Shown here one piece after another: positions 1-10,693 of a DNA stretch of 64,000 nt (position 1 is the first letter of the stretch; each line of letters starts with the position of its first letter). Both the position numbers and the translations under genes were made by a program. The stretch is from Patescibacteria group bacterium (GTDB lineage Bacteria; Patescibacteriota; Microgenomatia; UBA8517): NCBI GenBank assembly GCA_025999275.1, contig AP024680.1:180728-244727 (forward strand), read 5' to 3'. The notes beneath the pieces were generated by a model. It saw only the letters and a program-made list of their open reading frames with translations. It did no database searches and was not told where the DNA came from.

Positions 1-22
1 AATATAGGCTAACCTGAATATA

Positions 23-1942
23 GTGTTAAAAATAGTGTTAAAAAGAAATATTAGTTTATTAATCTTTTCCTTATTGTTTCTGTTTTTTCCTTCATTTGCT
101 TTTGCTAAGGATTATTCTATACCAAAGGTTGATATCGAAGTTAACCTGTTTTCTGATGGATCAGCTTTAGTCAAAGAAACAAGAACTTATTCTTTCGACG
201 GCTCTTTTTCCTGGGCTGATGAATGGATTAATTTGTCTGCAAGGTGCAAAGGTTGCAGGAATTATGAAATATCTGATTTTTCTCTTGAAGAGAATGGTGT
301 TTTTTATGTAGATAAAGACATTTCATCAGCTGGTTTTTATCAAACAGAAAAGGATGAAGAAGTGTTTTATGTTAAGTGGTTTTATAACGCTTCAAACGAA
401 CAAAAGACATTTACTTTGAAATATAAAATTAAAAATGCTATTACAAATCGAGCTGATATTTCTGAGTTTTATTGGCAGTTGATAGGTGATAAATGGACCA
501 AATCAACGGGGGAGGTTAAAGCAACAGTTTTTCTTCCTTTTGCTGTAGCTGATGATAAAATTTGGGCTTTTGGCCATGGGCCATTAAATGGAAAAATAGA
601 TATTATTTCAAACAGGCAGATTAATTTTTATGCCTCAAGTTTGCCTGCGAATACTTTCTTTGAGGTTAGAGTTCTTTTTCCAAAACTTGAGAATGCCCCT
701 TTTGCCCAAGAGTCAAATTTATCGTTGGATGATGTTTTGAGGGAAGAAAAATCATTTAGTTATAAAGATAAAGCGAAGGTTTGGGGCGGATTGTTAATTG
801 CTTTGGTAATACTGGCTTTTGTTTTATGGCGTTTGGTTCATTGGTTTTTGCTTTGGTATAAGTATGGCAAGGATCCAAAAGTGGAGAGGGTTAATCTTTC
901 CGGGAAGTTGCATGAACCGCCAAGTGACCTTCACCCTATTTATGTTCAGGCTTTAGTTCAAAAAGGGAGAATTGATAGCAAAGCTGTTATATCTACCATA
1001 ATAGATTTGGTAAGACGTAAAGCACTTGCGTTTAGAAAAGAAAAAGTTAAGAGTTTTCTTGGTGGTTATAAGGATAAATTTAGCCTTGTTCTGCTTGATA
1101 AAAGCAAGGCGGTAAACAAATACGAGAAGGATTTGATTGGTCTTTTCTTTGATTCCAAAGACGAGTTGAGTTTTGATGAGATTAAAAAAATAGGTATAAG
1201 AAAAACAAGAGAAACAACTTCGTTTTGGCAGAATTTAATGAAAGCTAAGGATGATTTAATGACTCTTGGTTTCCTTGATCAGAAAGCTTCTGAATTAAAG
1301 AAGAAATTGTCTGTCGAACTTATTTTATTTGCCTTTGTGGTTATTCTCTCAGTTTCAATTTTGCCTTCTTTATCTTTGTTTACTTTTCAGCTTGGTGGAG
1401 TTTTTCTGATTTTGATCTTGCCCTTTTTGTTTATCATTTTTGCTTCTCTTTTAATTATCTATGGGGTAATGGATAAAAGAACCGAAAAAGGAAATCAAGA
1501 ATTAGCGGGGTGGTTAGCTTTCAGACAGTTCTTGAAGGATTATTCTGTTACCAAAAGCTATCCTATAGACTCAGTTGTTATCTGGGAAAAATACTTGGTT
1601 TATGGTACAGTACTTGGAATTTCGATTAAGGCTCTTTCCCAATTGCCGATTAATTATTCAAAGGATTTTGAAAGATCACCTGTTTTTGTGGGGTTATCAG
1701 GTGGAAACGGGCCAAATGATGTTTCTAATTTTTCTGCTTATTTTTCTGAATTTGGAAAGGCTTTGAGTTCTATTTCTAATTCGGTTACAAGTGGAGCGCT
1801 TTGTGTTTCTTCTTCTGGTGGATTTTCGGGAGGTGGTGGGGGCGGGGGGTGGTGGCGGAGGTGGAGGTGCAGGCTAGGCTGTATGTTTAGAAGAAATTAT
1901 TCTTGGTTTGGAGCAGGAGAAAGCATCAAGATTAGCAAGTGA
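23..1942 (+). CDS. DUF2207-family membrane protein; probable native stop at 1877 if one G in the Gly-rich tail is an insertion
   Basis: Signal peptide (AFA-K), beta-rich extracytoplasmic domain (FYWQLIG, WAFGHGP), several TM helices, WEKYLVYG motif and a GGFSGGGG tail typical of DUF2207. Confidence 0.8.
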   Translation: MLKIVLKRNISLLIFSLLFLFFPSFAFAKDYSIPKVDIEVNLFSDGSALVKETRTYSFDGSFSWADEWINLSARCKGCRNYEISDFSLEENGVFYVDKDISSAGFYQTEKDEEVFYVKWFYNASNEQKTFTLKYKIKNAITNRADISEFYWQLIGDKWTKSTGEVKATVFLPFAVADDKIWAFGHGPLNGKIDIISNRQINFYASSLPANTFFEVRVLFPKLENAPFAQESNLSLDDVLREEKSFSYKDKAKVWGGLLIALVILAFVLWRLVHWFLLWYKYGKDPKVERVNLSGKLHEPPSDLHPIYVQALVQKGRIDSKAVISTIIDLVRRKALAFRKEKVKSFLGGYKDKFSLVLLDKSKAVNKYEKDLIGLFFDSKDELSFDEIKKIGIRKTRETTSFWQNLMKAKDDLMTLGFLDQKASELKKKLSVELILFAFVVILSVSILPSLSLFTFQLGGVFLILILPFLFIIFASLLIIYGVMDKRTEKGNQELAGWLAFRQFLKDYSVTKSYPIDSVVIWEKYLVYGTVLGISIKALSQLPINYSKDFERSPVFVGLSGGNGPNDVSNFSAYFSEFGKALSSISNSVTSGALCVSSSGGFSGGGGGGGWWRRWRCRLGCMFRRNYSWFGAGESIKISK

Positions 1943-2131
1943 GAAATTGCAGCAGGCAATAAAGTTCGTTAGAAAAAATAAAATTTCTTAAATAAAAGGT
2001 TTTGGGACTGATTTTTCAAAAACCCAAATGGTGATTTTGGACTAGAAAAAAGATTTAAGACAAAAAGAGGTTTATGGGTATTGCCACGGAATATTTTTTT
2101 AGGGGTCTCCTATAAAGAAGCAGCCCTGTTT
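1883..2131 (+). pseudogene. Possible frameshifted small ORF, or an error-rich sequence patch
   Basis: ATG at 1883 is followed by protein-like segments in shifting frames (LEEIILGLEQEKASRLASEKLQQAIKFVRKNK; IKGFGTDFSKTQMVILD*KKDLRQKEVYGYCHGIF), broken near homopolymer runs. Confidence 0.3.
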
Positions 2132-2386
2132 TTATTTTTTAGTTTTCTTTTTGGATTTTATTAGTTTAGAAAGTCTGCTTTTTATCCTAGCAGCTTTATT
2201 TTTGTGTATAAACTTCTTTTTGACTGCTTTATCAGCAAGAGAGATTGCTTTGCTGATATCAACCTCTTTTAATGTCTTTTTTGCCAACCTTATAGCAATT
2301 TCCATCTTTTTAAGAATGGTTTGGTTGACTTTTGCTTTTCTTTGAGAAACCCTTAGGGCTCTCTTGGCGGTTTTGGTAACTGGCAT
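2132..2386 (-). CDS. rpsT: 30S ribosomal protein S20
   Basis: MPVTKTAKRALR...DKAVKKKFIHKNKAARIKSRL. Confidence 0.97.
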   Translation of the reverse strand: MPVTKTAKRALRVSQRKAKVNQTILKKMEIAIRLAKKTLKEVDISKAISLADKAVKKKFIHKNKAARIKSRLSKLIKSKKKTKK

Positions 2387-2461
2387 ATTTTTGATTATTT
2401 TTATCTTGATTCAACTAAAGTATAATCCAAAGTAATAGGTTTTTCAACAGTTTTATTGGTT

Positions 2462-4192
2462 ATGATTGAAAATTTAGTTAAAAAAGGAAAACAACTTCTC
2501 TCATCTCAGCAGACATCTATTTTATCTGCAGCTAGTTTGATAATGCTAATGATAATAGCCTCAAGAATCTTAGGTTTAGTAAGGCAAAGGGTTTTGGCTC
2601 ATTATTTTTCTGTTGAGGAATTGTCCTTGTTTTTTGCTGCATTTCGGTTGCCGGACACGGTTTTTGAAGTATTGGTTTTTGGCACCTTTTCGTCTGCGTT
2701 TGTACCCGTTTTTGCCAGAATGGCCAAAAGAGATGAGAAATCAGCTTGGAGTTTGGCTTCCAGTGTTTTGAATATAGGAATAATTTCTTTTGTGCTAATA
2801 TCTTTACTTTTTAGTCTTTTAGCTCCAGTTTTTTACCATTTGGTCACGCCTGGTTTTTCTTTAGAACAACAGTCTAGAATAGCTTTTTTAAGTAGATACC
2901 TATTTTTTGCTCAAGGGTTCTTTGTGGCCAGCTATGTTCTAACTGGTGTTTTGGAATCCCTGAAAAGATTTTTATTTCCAGCTTTGGCTCCTGTTTTTTA
3001 CAATCTGGGTATGATATTTGGAACTATTTTATTTGCTGATCATTTTGGTTTAATAGCTCCAGTTTTTGGAGTGATTATAGGCGCATTTTTACACTTTATT
3101 GTTCAGTATCCGTTAGCACACAGCCTTGGCTTTCGTTTTAGGTTTAAAATTGACGACCGGGAAGGTTTAAGAAAAATAAAGGACTTGGCATGGCCTCGTT
3201 TGGTGGAGGTTTCCTTTCTGCAGCTTTCCAAGATTGCTGAACTTTTTTTCTCCTCGCTTGTTTCTTCTGCTGCTTATGCTTACTATACTTTTGGCAATAC
3301 CCTTCAGCTTTTGCCAGTTAGCCTTATTGGAACTTCAATCTCAAAAGCAGCTTTGCCAAATCTGGCTGAGAAGGCAGATAATCTAGAAGTTTTTAAAAAG
3401 GTTTTGTGGAAAACTTTTAATGAAATGCTTTTTTTGCTTTTACCTATTGCGGCGATGTTTATCGTTTTAAGGATTCCTTTGGTGAGGCTTGTTTATGGAA
3501 CAGATATTTTTGATTGGCAGGCGACAGTTCAAACAGGGATGGTTCTTTCCGCTTTTGCTTTTGGGATAGTTTTTCAGGCCATTAATTCACTTTTATCTAG
3601 AGCTTTTTATGCTCTTCATAACACCAAGACACCAGTTACTATTTCCATGGTCGCGATTTTTCTTGTCTTATTTTTGGATTTTATTTTTATTTACATTTTA
3701 AAAATGCCGGTTTGGGGACTGGCTCTGGGTTTTTCTTTGGGTAGTTTTTTCCAGTCGGTTTGTCTTTTTATATTTTTAGAAAAGGCGACTGGTGGGGGTT
3801 TTTGGTCAACAAATCTATACCTTATTTTTAAGAAAGTCTTGGCCACTCTTGGATCTTCTTTGATTATGTTTTTTACTCTTAAGTTTTTTGATAGAAGTGT
3901 CTGGATTAAAAAACTTTCTTTTTTAGGAAAGGTAGATGTGGCCCAAAAATTATCTTTTGAAAAATTTGTTCTTGATACTAGATATACATTTAATCTTTTG
4001 GTTCTAACAGTTTTTGTAGTTGTAATTGGACTTCTTGTTTATTTGGTATTGTCCTACATTTTGGGCAATAAAGAGCTAATAACATTACTGAATCTTTTGA
4101 AGAGAGTTGTTCCATGGCGTAGGAGGAAAATAGAAATGCCTAAAGTAGAGCAGGAGCCTGTTAGTTTAACTGATGATGTTAATGAAGGCTAG
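2462..4192 (+). CDS. murJ: Lipid II flippase MurJ (MviN) with a C-terminal extension
   Basis: SRILGLVR, AFRLPD, FSSAFVPVF and RAFYA...DTKTP-like motifs; many TM helices. Confidence 0.93.
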   Translation: MIENLVKKGKQLLSSQQTSILSAASLIMLMIIASRILGLVRQRVLAHYFSVEELSLFFAAFRLPDTVFEVLVFGTFSSAFVPVFARMAKRDEKSAWSLASSVLNIGIISFVLISLLFSLLAPVFYHLVTPGFSLEQQSRIAFLSRYLFFAQGFFVASYVLTGVLESLKRFLFPALAPVFYNLGMIFGTILFADHFGLIAPVFGVIIGAFLHFIVQYPLAHSLGFRFRFKIDDREGLRKIKDLAWPRLVEVSFLQLSKIAELFFSSLVSSAAYAYYTFGNTLQLLPVSLIGTSISKAALPNLAEKADNLEVFKKVLWKTFNEMLFLLLPIAAMFIVLRIPLVRLVYGTDIFDWQATVQTGMVLSAFAFGIVFQAINSLLSRAFYALHNTKTPVTISMVAIFLVLFLDFIFIYILKMPVWGLALGFSLGSFFQSVCLFIFLEKATGGGFWSTNLYLIFKKVLATLGSSLIMFFTLKFFDRSVWIKKLSFLGKVDVAQKLSFEKFVLDTRYTFNLLVLTVFVVVIGLLVYLVLSYILGNKELITLLNLLKRVVPWRRRKIEMPKVEQEPVSLTDDVNEG

Positions 4193-4200
4193 TTTTCCTC

Positions 4201-4237
4201 TTGACAACTTTTAGCACTCGTATTATTATTCTGCTAA
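4201..4237 (+). promoter_or_regulatory. Sigma70 promoter (TTGACA-17-TATTAT) overlapped by a CIRCE operator
   Basis: TTAGCACTC-N9-TTCTGCTAA at 4211-4237 (consensus TTAGCACTC-N9-GAGTGCTAA), directly upstream of hrcA; SD AAGGAGG follows. Confidence 0.85.
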
Positions 4238-4252
4238 AAGGAGGTTTTGTTA

Positions 4253-4981
4253 ATGGGGGACGCATTAACATCACGACAAATACAAATCTTGAAAGCTTTG
4301 ATTGATGAATATATAGAGACAGCAGAACCAGTGGGCTCTGAAGTCTTAGAGAAGAAATATAATTTAAATGTCTCATCTGCAACTATTAGAAACGAGATGG
4401 CCGCTTTGACTCAGATGGGATATTTAAAGCAACCTCACACTTCTGCTGGAAGAATGCCAACGCCAAAGGCAATGAAGTTTTATGTTGACCAATTGATGGA
4501 AGAAAAACAACTAAGTTTAGCTGATGAAGTGAAAATGAAAGAAGAGGTTTGGGATGTAAGAAACGATATTAATAGTTTGATGGATGAGGCGGTCCATATA
4601 CTGGCTGATAAAACAAAATCTCTTTCTGTTGGTGTGATTGATGATGGTAGAACTTGGCATGCAGGATTGGCTAATGTTTTTGCAAACCCTGAATTTGGAG
4701 ACCTAAGTCTTTGTGCAGGGGTATTTTCATTTTTAGAAGAAGATGAACATCTTTTGGATATCTTTTTTAAGAAATTGATGGGATCTTCTCCGGTTGAGAT
4801 ATTGTTTGGAGAAGATTTGGATTGGCCATATCTTGATCCTGTAGGAATTGTGGCTACGCGTTTTAATATCAAAGACCATCAGGGTGCTTTGGGAGTTATT
4901 GGTCCAATGCGCTTGAGTTATTCAAGAGTAGTTCCTTTACTTAGGCACTTTGGCAGCATTATTGAACAGGTGACAGCTTGA
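4253..4981 (+). CDS. hrcA: Heat-inducible transcription repressor HrcA (short form)
   Basis: EPVGS, SSATIRNEM, QPHTSAGRMPT, GVIGPMRLSY. Confidence 0.95.
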   Translation: MGDALTSRQIQILKALIDEYIETAEPVGSEVLEKKYNLNVSSATIRNEMAALTQMGYLKQPHTSAGRMPTPKAMKFYVDQLMEEKQLSLADEVKMKEEVWDVRNDINSLMDEAVHILADKTKSLSVGVIDDGRTWHAGLANVFANPEFGDLSLCAGVFSFLEEDEHLLDIFFKKLMGSSPVEILFGEDLDWPYLDPVGIVATRFNIKDHQGALGVIGPMRLSYSRVVPLLRHFGSIIEQVTA

Positions 4982-4984
4982 TCT

Positions 4985-5443
4985 ATGGCTAGAGATAAAA
5001 AAAAGAAGGATGAGGAAGTTGCAAAAAAGGTAGAAGAGCTAACTGCGCAGCTGGCTCGTGCGTTGGCTGATTATGATAATCTGCAGAAAAGAGTTTTAAA
5101 AGAGAAAGAAGAAATGGCAAAGTCAGCTGCTAAAAGATTGATAGTTAAATTTTTGCCTGTTTATGATATGCTTTTGGCAGCGCAGAAGCACCTTGAAGAT
5201 ACAGGAATAGCAATTACTATTAATTCTTTTGAACAGGTTTTAGCTGATGAGGGAGTAGAAATAATTAGGCCAAAAGAGGGAGATTTGTTTGATGCCTCGG
5301 TTTGCGAGGCTGTAGAGGTAGAGGAAACCGATGATAAAGAGAAGATAGGAAAGATTGCAGAGATGGTGTTGCCAGGATTTAAATTTAAAGATGGTCCGGT
5401 GATAAGATATTGCAAGGTAAAAGTTTTTGGAGTAAAGAATTAG
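4985..5443 (+). CDS. grpE: Nucleotide exchange factor GrpE
   Basis: RALADYDNLQKR motif; located between hrcA and dnaK. Confidence 0.93.
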   Translation: MARDKKKKDEEVAKKVEELTAQLARALADYDNLQKRVLKEKEEMAKSAAKRLIVKFLPVYDMLLAAQKHLEDTGIAITINSFEQVLADEGVEIIRPKEGDLFDASVCEAVEVEETDDKEKIGKIAEMVLPGFKFKDGPVIRYCKVKVFGVKN

Positions 5444-5489
5444 GTTTTAGTTTTAGAATTTGCTCTTGAATTTTAAAACTAGAATCTAA
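5440..5489 (+). other. 21-bp intergenic hairpin between grpE and dnaK
   Basis: TTAGGTTTTAGTTTTAGAATT / AATTTTAAAACTAGAATCTAA; the three mismatches are all G-U compatible on the + strand. Confidence 0.6.
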
Positions 5490-5517
5490 TCTAAATCTTA
5501 TCTATATTATTAAAAAT

Positions 5518-7407
5518 ATGAGCAAAATAATTGGAATTGATTTAGGAACAACTAATTCAGTAGTGGCTGTAATGGAGGCAGGTCGTCCCAAAGTGATTCC
5601 TGCTTCTGATACCGGGCGCAACATTACTCCTTCAGTTGTGGAGCCGGTTAAAAATCTAGTGGGTGATGTAGCCAAGAGACAAATGATTCTAAATCCCAAG
5701 AACACTATCTATTCTATTAAGCGTTTGATGGGAAGGAGAATTGATGACCCTGAGGTAAAAAGGACAAAAGAGATGGTTCCTTATGAGATTGTTGCTGGCA
5801 AAGATGGCTCAGCTTGTGTTGAGGTTGAAGGAAAAGTTTACACTCCTCAGGAAATATCGGCTCGTATATTAATGAAGCTCAAAAAAGATGCTGAGGATTA
5901 CTTGGGAGAGAAGGTTGACAGAGCTGTAATTACAGTTCCTGCTTATTTTGACGATTCACAAAGACAGGCAACAAAACAGGCAGGAGAAATTGCAGGCTTG
6001 AAAGTTGAAAGGATTATTAACGAACCAACTGCAGCCTCTTTGGCTTATGGTTTGGATAAGAAAAATGCACAAAAGATAGCGGTTTATGATTTGGGCGGAG
6101 GCACTTTTGATATTTCAATACTTGAGCTTGGGGATGGTGTTTTTGAGGTAAAAGCAACCAATGGTGATACACACCTTGGTGGGGATGATTTTGATGAAGC
6201 TATTGTTAATTATATTTGCGATGAATTTAAGAAAGAATATGCGGTTGATTTGAAGGCTGATAAGCAGGCTTTGCAGAGAATCAGAGATGCGGCTGAGAAG
6301 GCAAAAATTGAGCTTTCGGCAGCTTCAGAGGTTGAGATAAATCAGCCTTATATTACGCAGAAGGATGGTCAACCCCTTCATCTAACAATGAAGTTAACTC
6401 GGGCCAAACTTGAGAGTTTGGTAGACGATTTGATTCAGAAAACCTTAAAGCCGGTTGAGGCTTGCCTTAAGGATGCAAAACTTGATCCTCATGATGTTGA
6501 TGAAGTGATTCTGGTTGGTGGAATGACTAGAATGCCGAAGGTAGTTGAGACTGTTAAGAATTTCTTTGGTAAGGAACCTAATAAGTCAGTTAATCCTGAT
6601 GAAGTTGTAGCAGTTGGTGCTGCCATTCAGGCAGGTGTTTTAGGAGGAGAGGTTAAGGACATTTTACTTCTTGATGTTACTCCTTTGACTTTGGCAATTG
6701 AAACTTTAGGAAATGTGGCAACACCAATGATTCCAAGAAATACAACAATCCCAACCTCAAAGACGGAGGTTTTTTCAACGGCTGCTGATAATCAAACTCA
6801 AGTTGAAGTTCATATAGTTCAAGGGGAACGTCCAATGGCCTCAGATAATAAGAGTTTGGGAAGATTTATTCTTGATGGAATTCCTCCAGCTCCTCGTGGA
6901 GTGCCTCAAATCGAGGTTACTTTTGACATTGATGCTTCAGGAATATTAAAGGTCACAGCTAAAGATAAAGCTACTGGCAAGAGTCAAAATATTACTATTA
7001 CTGGAGCAATTGGTCTTTCGGAGGATGAGGTTAAAAGGATGCAAGAGGAAGCAGAGAAACATCGTGCTGAAGATGAGAAAAAGGCGGAGCTTGTCAAGGC
7101 AAGAAACGCCGCCGACGCAATGATAGCAACGGCAGAAAAAGCTCTTAAGGATGCAGGAGATAAGGTTTCCTCTGATGTTAAGTCTAAAGTTGAAGAGAAG
7201 ATAAAATCCTTAAAAGAAGTTCTTGATAAAGCTGAAAAAGAGGAGTTGGAAGCGAAAACAAAAGAACTTTCGGATGCTTTGTCAGAAGTTGGTCAGGCGA
7301 TGTATCAGGGACAATCTCAAGAGAGTGCTTCGGAAGGTTCAAAAGAAGAGGAAAAAAATGGCAAAAAAGGCGATGATAAAGTAGAAGAAGGCGAAGTAGT
7401 TGGGTAA
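5518..7407 (+). CDS. dnaK: Chaperone DnaK (Hsp70)
   Basis: [43 protein letters not shown]. Confidence 0.99.
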   Translation: MSKIIGIDLGTTNSVVAVMEAGRPKVIPASDTGRNITPSVVEPVKNLVGDVAKRQMILNPKNTIYSIKRLMGRRIDDPEVKRTKEMVPYEIVAGKDGSACVEVEGKVYTPQEISARILMKLKKDAEDYLGEKVDRAVITVPAYFDDSQRQATKQAGEIAGLKVERIINEPTAASLAYGLDKKNAQKIAVYDLGGGTFDISILELGDGVFEVKATNGDTHLGGDDFDEAIVNYICDEFKKEYAVDLKADKQALQRIRDAAEKAKIELSAASEVEINQPYITQKDGQPLHLTMKLTRAKLESLVDDLIQKTLKPVEACLKDAKLDPHDVDEVILVGGMTRMPKVVETVKNFFGKEPNKSVNPDEVVAVGAAIQAGVLGGEVKDILLLDVTPLTLAIETLGNVATPMIPRNTTIPTSKTEVFSTAADNQTQVEVHIVQGERPMASDNKSLGRFILDGIPPAPRGVPQIEVTFDIDASGILKVTAKDKATGKSQNITITGAIGLSEDEVKRMQEEAEKHRAEDEKKAELVKARNAADAMIATAEKALKDAGDKVSSDVKSKVEEKIKSLKEVLDKAEKEELEAKTKELSDALSEVGQAMYQGQSQESASEGSKEEEKNGKKGDDKVEEGEVVG

Positions 7408-7431
7408 ATCTTCTGATTTAGTTTTTGATCT

Positions 7432-9582
7432 ATGGATAATGATCTACAATCTTTACTTAAGCCTCCTAGCCCTAAAGAAGCTTTAGAAAAGTACACTTAT
7501 GATTTGACCGAACAAGCAAAAGAGGGCAAGCTTGACCCTGTTATTGGTAGAGAATCTGAAATCCGCCGCTTAATGCAAATCCTTTCAAGAAGAATCAAAA
7601 ATAATCCAGTTTTGATTGGGGATCCTGGAGTTGGTAAGACTGCCATAGTTGAAGGTTTGGCACAAAGAATTGTTGGTGGAGATGTACCTGAAATGCTAAA
7701 GAGCAAAAAAATATTGGTACTTGATTTTGCTCTTCTTGTTGCCGGCACAAAATTTAGGGGTGAATTTGAAGAAAGACTTAAGGCTATAATCAAGGGGATA
7801 GAAGAAGGTGAGGGGAAATATATTGTTTTTATTGACGAACTTCACATCTTGGTCGGTGGTGGTGAGGCTGAGGGGGCAGTTGATGCTGCTAATATTTTAA
7901 AGCCTTCTTTGGCGCGAGGTACTTTGAGGATGATTGGTGCCACAACGGTTGAGGAGTACAGGAAATATATTGAAAGAGATGCAGCTTTGGCACGACGTTT
8001 TCAGACAATTTTGGTTGAGGAACCAACAGTTGAGGATACAATAGCAATACTGCGGGGTCTTAAGGAGAAATATGAGCTTCATCATGGCATTAGAATTACC
8101 GATGAGGCTTTAATATCAGCGGCAACACTTGCCGATCGTTATATTACCAATCGTTTTCTGCCTGATAAGGCTATCGACTTGATTGACGAGGCGGCCTCAG
8201 CAATAAAAATAGAGACTGAAAGCATGCCTTCAGAACTTGATTTAATGAAGCGTGAGTTGACAAGACTTGAAATAGAGAAGACAGCTCTAAGGCGAGAAAA
8301 AACAGATAAAGCTAGGGAAAGAGTGAAATTTATTGATGGAAAGATTGAAGAATTGAAAAAAAATATTTCCTCTTTTGAAGAGAAGTGGCGTTCTCAAAAG
8401 GAGATAATTGAGAAGATAAATAAGGTTCGTTTAGAGATAGACAAACTCCGCCTTGACCTTGAAAAAGCAGAAAGGGAAGTTAACCTTGAGAAAGCTGCTG
8501 AGATTAAATACGGCAAACTCCCAGAGCTTGAAAGTAAATTGAAAGAATTAGAGGCGATTTGGCAGAAGATTCCCTCTGAAGACAGGGTGCTAAGAGAAGA
8601 AGTTGGGGAAGAAGATATAGCCAAAATTGTGTCTCGCATAACTGGGATTCCTTTGGGCAGGCTTATGTCTACTGAAAGTGAAAAACTCCTTCACCTTGAG
8701 GATGAGCTTAAGAAAAGGGTTGTTGGCCAGGATGAGGCTTTGCATCTTTTGGCAAATGCGATAAGAAGGTCTCGATCTGGTCTTCGCGAGGGAACAAGGC
8801 CTATCGGATCTTTTCTCTTCCTTGGTCCAACTGGTGTTGGAAAAACAGAGACAGCAAAAGCTCTAGCGGCATCTGTTTTTGATGACGAGAATTCAATCAT
8901 CAGAATAGATATGGGAGAGTACCAAGAATCTCATACTGTTTCTCGTCTAATTGGCGCACCTCCTGGTTATGTTGGATTTGAGGAAGGCGGCCAGTTAACA
9001 GAGGCGGTTAGACGACATCCTTATTCGCTTGTTCTTCTTGATGAGGTGGAGAAAGCTCATCCACAGATTTTTAATGTTCTTCTTCAGGTTTTGGATGAAG
9101 GAAGACTAACTGACGGAAAGGGAGTTACTGTTGATTTTAAAAACACTATTATAGTTATGACCAGCAATTTAGGCAGTGATATTATCAGTAAAAATAAAGG
9201 CAAAAAGTGGGAAGAAGTCAAAATTGAAGTTGAGAAAGTTGTTTTGGAATTCTTCCGACCGGAGTTTATTAATAGGATAGATAAAATTATTGTTTTTAAA
9301 CCTCTTGATGAAAGGATGATGGTTGAGATAGCTAAAAATCAGCTTGATAGCGCAGGTAGAATTCTTTCATCTCAGGGAATTAACCTTGTTTATGGTGATG
9401 AAGTTGTTAAATATTTTGCTACCAAGGGATATGATCCTGTCTTTGGGGCAAGACCATTAAGGCGGTTAATTGAAGAGGAGCTTCTTGATGAGATTTCTCT
9501 TCTTGTTATTGAAGGAAAAGTTAAAAGTGGTGGCAAGATTACTCTTAAACTGAAGGATGAAAGCCTGATTCTTGAATACTAA
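7432..9582 (+). CDS. clpB: ClpB disaggregase lacking the N-terminal domain
   Basis: Two AAA modules (GDPGVGKT; GPTGVGKT), M-domain [10 protein letters not shown], pore loop GYVGF. Confidence 0.92.
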   Translation: MDNDLQSLLKPPSPKEALEKYTYDLTEQAKEGKLDPVIGRESEIRRLMQILSRRIKNNPVLIGDPGVGKTAIVEGLAQRIVGGDVPEMLKSKKILVLDFALLVAGTKFRGEFEERLKAIIKGIEEGEGKYIVFIDELHILVGGGEAEGAVDAANILKPSLARGTLRMIGATTVEEYRKYIERDAALARRFQTILVEEPTVEDTIAILRGLKEKYELHHGIRITDEALISAATLADRYITNRFLPDKAIDLIDEAASAIKIETESMPSELDLMKRELTRLEIEKTALRREKTDKARERVKFIDGKIEELKKNISSFEEKWRSQKEIIEKINKVRLEIDKLRLDLEKAEREVNLEKAAEIKYGKLPELESKLKELEAIWQKIPSEDRVLREEVGEEDIAKIVSRITGIPLGRLMSTESEKLLHLEDELKKRVVGQDEALHLLANAIRRSRSGLREGTRPIGSFLFLGPTGVGKTETAKALAASVFDDENSIIRIDMGEYQESHTVSRLIGAPPGYVGFEEGGQLTEAVRRHPYSLVLLDEVEKAHPQIFNVLLQVLDEGRLTDGKGVTVDFKNTIIVMTSNLGSDIISKNKGKKWEEVKIEVEKVVLEFFRPEFINRIDKIIVFKPLDERMMVEIAKNQLDSAGRILSSQGINLVYGDEVVKYFATKGYDPVFGARPLRRLIEEELLDEISLLVIEGKVKSGGKITLKLKDESLILEY

Positions 9583-9583
9583 T

Positions 9584-10453
9584 ATGGCTGGAGAAAAAGC
9601 TGATTATTATGAAATCTTAGGTGTTAGTAGAGATGCTTCTGCTGATGAGATTAAAAAGGCTTACCGAAAGCAAGCCTTGGAATGGCATCCTGATCGGCAC
9701 AAAGATGATAAAGAATTTGCTGAGAAGAAATTTAAGGAAATAAATGAAGCTTATCAGGTTTTATCAGATCCTCAAAAAAGAGCTGCTTATGATCAGTTTG
9801 GGCACGAAGCTTTTGCTCCAGGTGGTGCCGCTGGTTTTTCTGGTTCTCCTTTTTCCCAATCTGGCAGATGGGGACCTTTTACTTATACCTACACATCAAC
9901 TGGCGGCTCGCCTTTTGAGGGTTTTGATTTTGGCGATCCATTTGATATTTTTGAGCAATTTTTTGGCGGCTCTCCTTTTACAAGAACTAGGTCGGTCCCC
10001 CGTTATTCGATTACCCTTGATTTTATGGAGGCTGCAAAAGGGTGCCAAAAAGAGATTCTTGTAGATGGAAAGCGAAGAAAAATCAAAATACCAGCGGGAG
10101 TGGATGAGGGTTCAAGAATTAATTTTGGTGATTTTCTTCTTTCTGTTAATATTCGGCCTCATGAGATATTTGAACGTGATGGCGCTGATGTTTATGTTCG
10201 TGTTATGATTCCTTTTTCTATGGCTGTTTTGGGTGGAGAAATTAGCGTACCTACAATAGATGGGGATGTAAAATTAAGGATCAGACCAGGGACCCAACCT
10301 GGAACAATGATGCGTTTAAGAGGGAGAGGAATAACCAAACTAAGTGGCCGTGGCAAAGGAGACGAATATGTTAAATTGACAGTTTTTGTTCCCGAGAAAC
10401 TTAATAGAGAGCAAAGAGAGTTGATACAAAAACTTCAGAAAGCAGGTTTGTAG
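9584..10453 (+). CDS. dnaJ: DnaJ-family co-chaperone, class B (no Zn finger)
   Basis: J domain with HPD, G/F-rich region and C-terminal domain; no CxxCxGxG repeats. Confidence 0.9.
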   Translation: MAGEKADYYEILGVSRDASADEIKKAYRKQALEWHPDRHKDDKEFAEKKFKEINEAYQVLSDPQKRAAYDQFGHEAFAPGGAAGFSGSPFSQSGRWGPFTYTYTSTGGSPFEGFDFGDPFDIFEQFFGGSPFTRTRSVPRYSITLDFMEAAKGCQKEILVDGKRRKIKIPAGVDEGSRINFGDFLLSVNIRPHEIFERDGADVYVRVMIPFSMAVLGGEISVPTIDGDVKLRIRPGTQPGTMMRLRGRGITKLSGRGKGDEYVKLTVFVPEKLNREQRELIQKLQKAGL

Positions 10454-10460
10454 GATTAGC

Positions 10461-10565
10461 TAAAAAATCAAAAGGCAAAATTGAAAATTTAAAACTATTT
10501 AATTATCTAAGAAAACCTTTGACTTTTAACTTGTAGTTTTGACTTTTGAATTTTAACTTTTGAAT
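10461..10565. repeat. Inverted arrays of degenerate heptamers (TCAAAAG / CTTTTGA)
   Basis: TCAAAAG GCAAAAT TGAAAAT TTAAAAC ... CCTTTGA CTTTTAA ... CTTTTGA ATTTTAA CTTTTGA. Confidence 0.7.
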
Positions 10566-10618
10566 TATCTTATTTATAATTCTTAAATCATAAATCTTGA
10601 CTTACCACTTGTTTGCTG

Positions 10619-10693
10619 TTGACTTAGAGCTTTGATAAAAGTAAAATTAGCAGAGTAGTTTTAAAGCTGGTGGGGTTACCCACCGTTTTTTTT
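10619..10693 (+). promoter_or_regulatory. nusA promoter plus leader terminator (attenuator)
   Basis: TTGACT-17-TAAAAT, then GGTGGG-GTTA-CCCACC-G-T8 ending 8 nt before the ATG. Confidence 0.75.
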
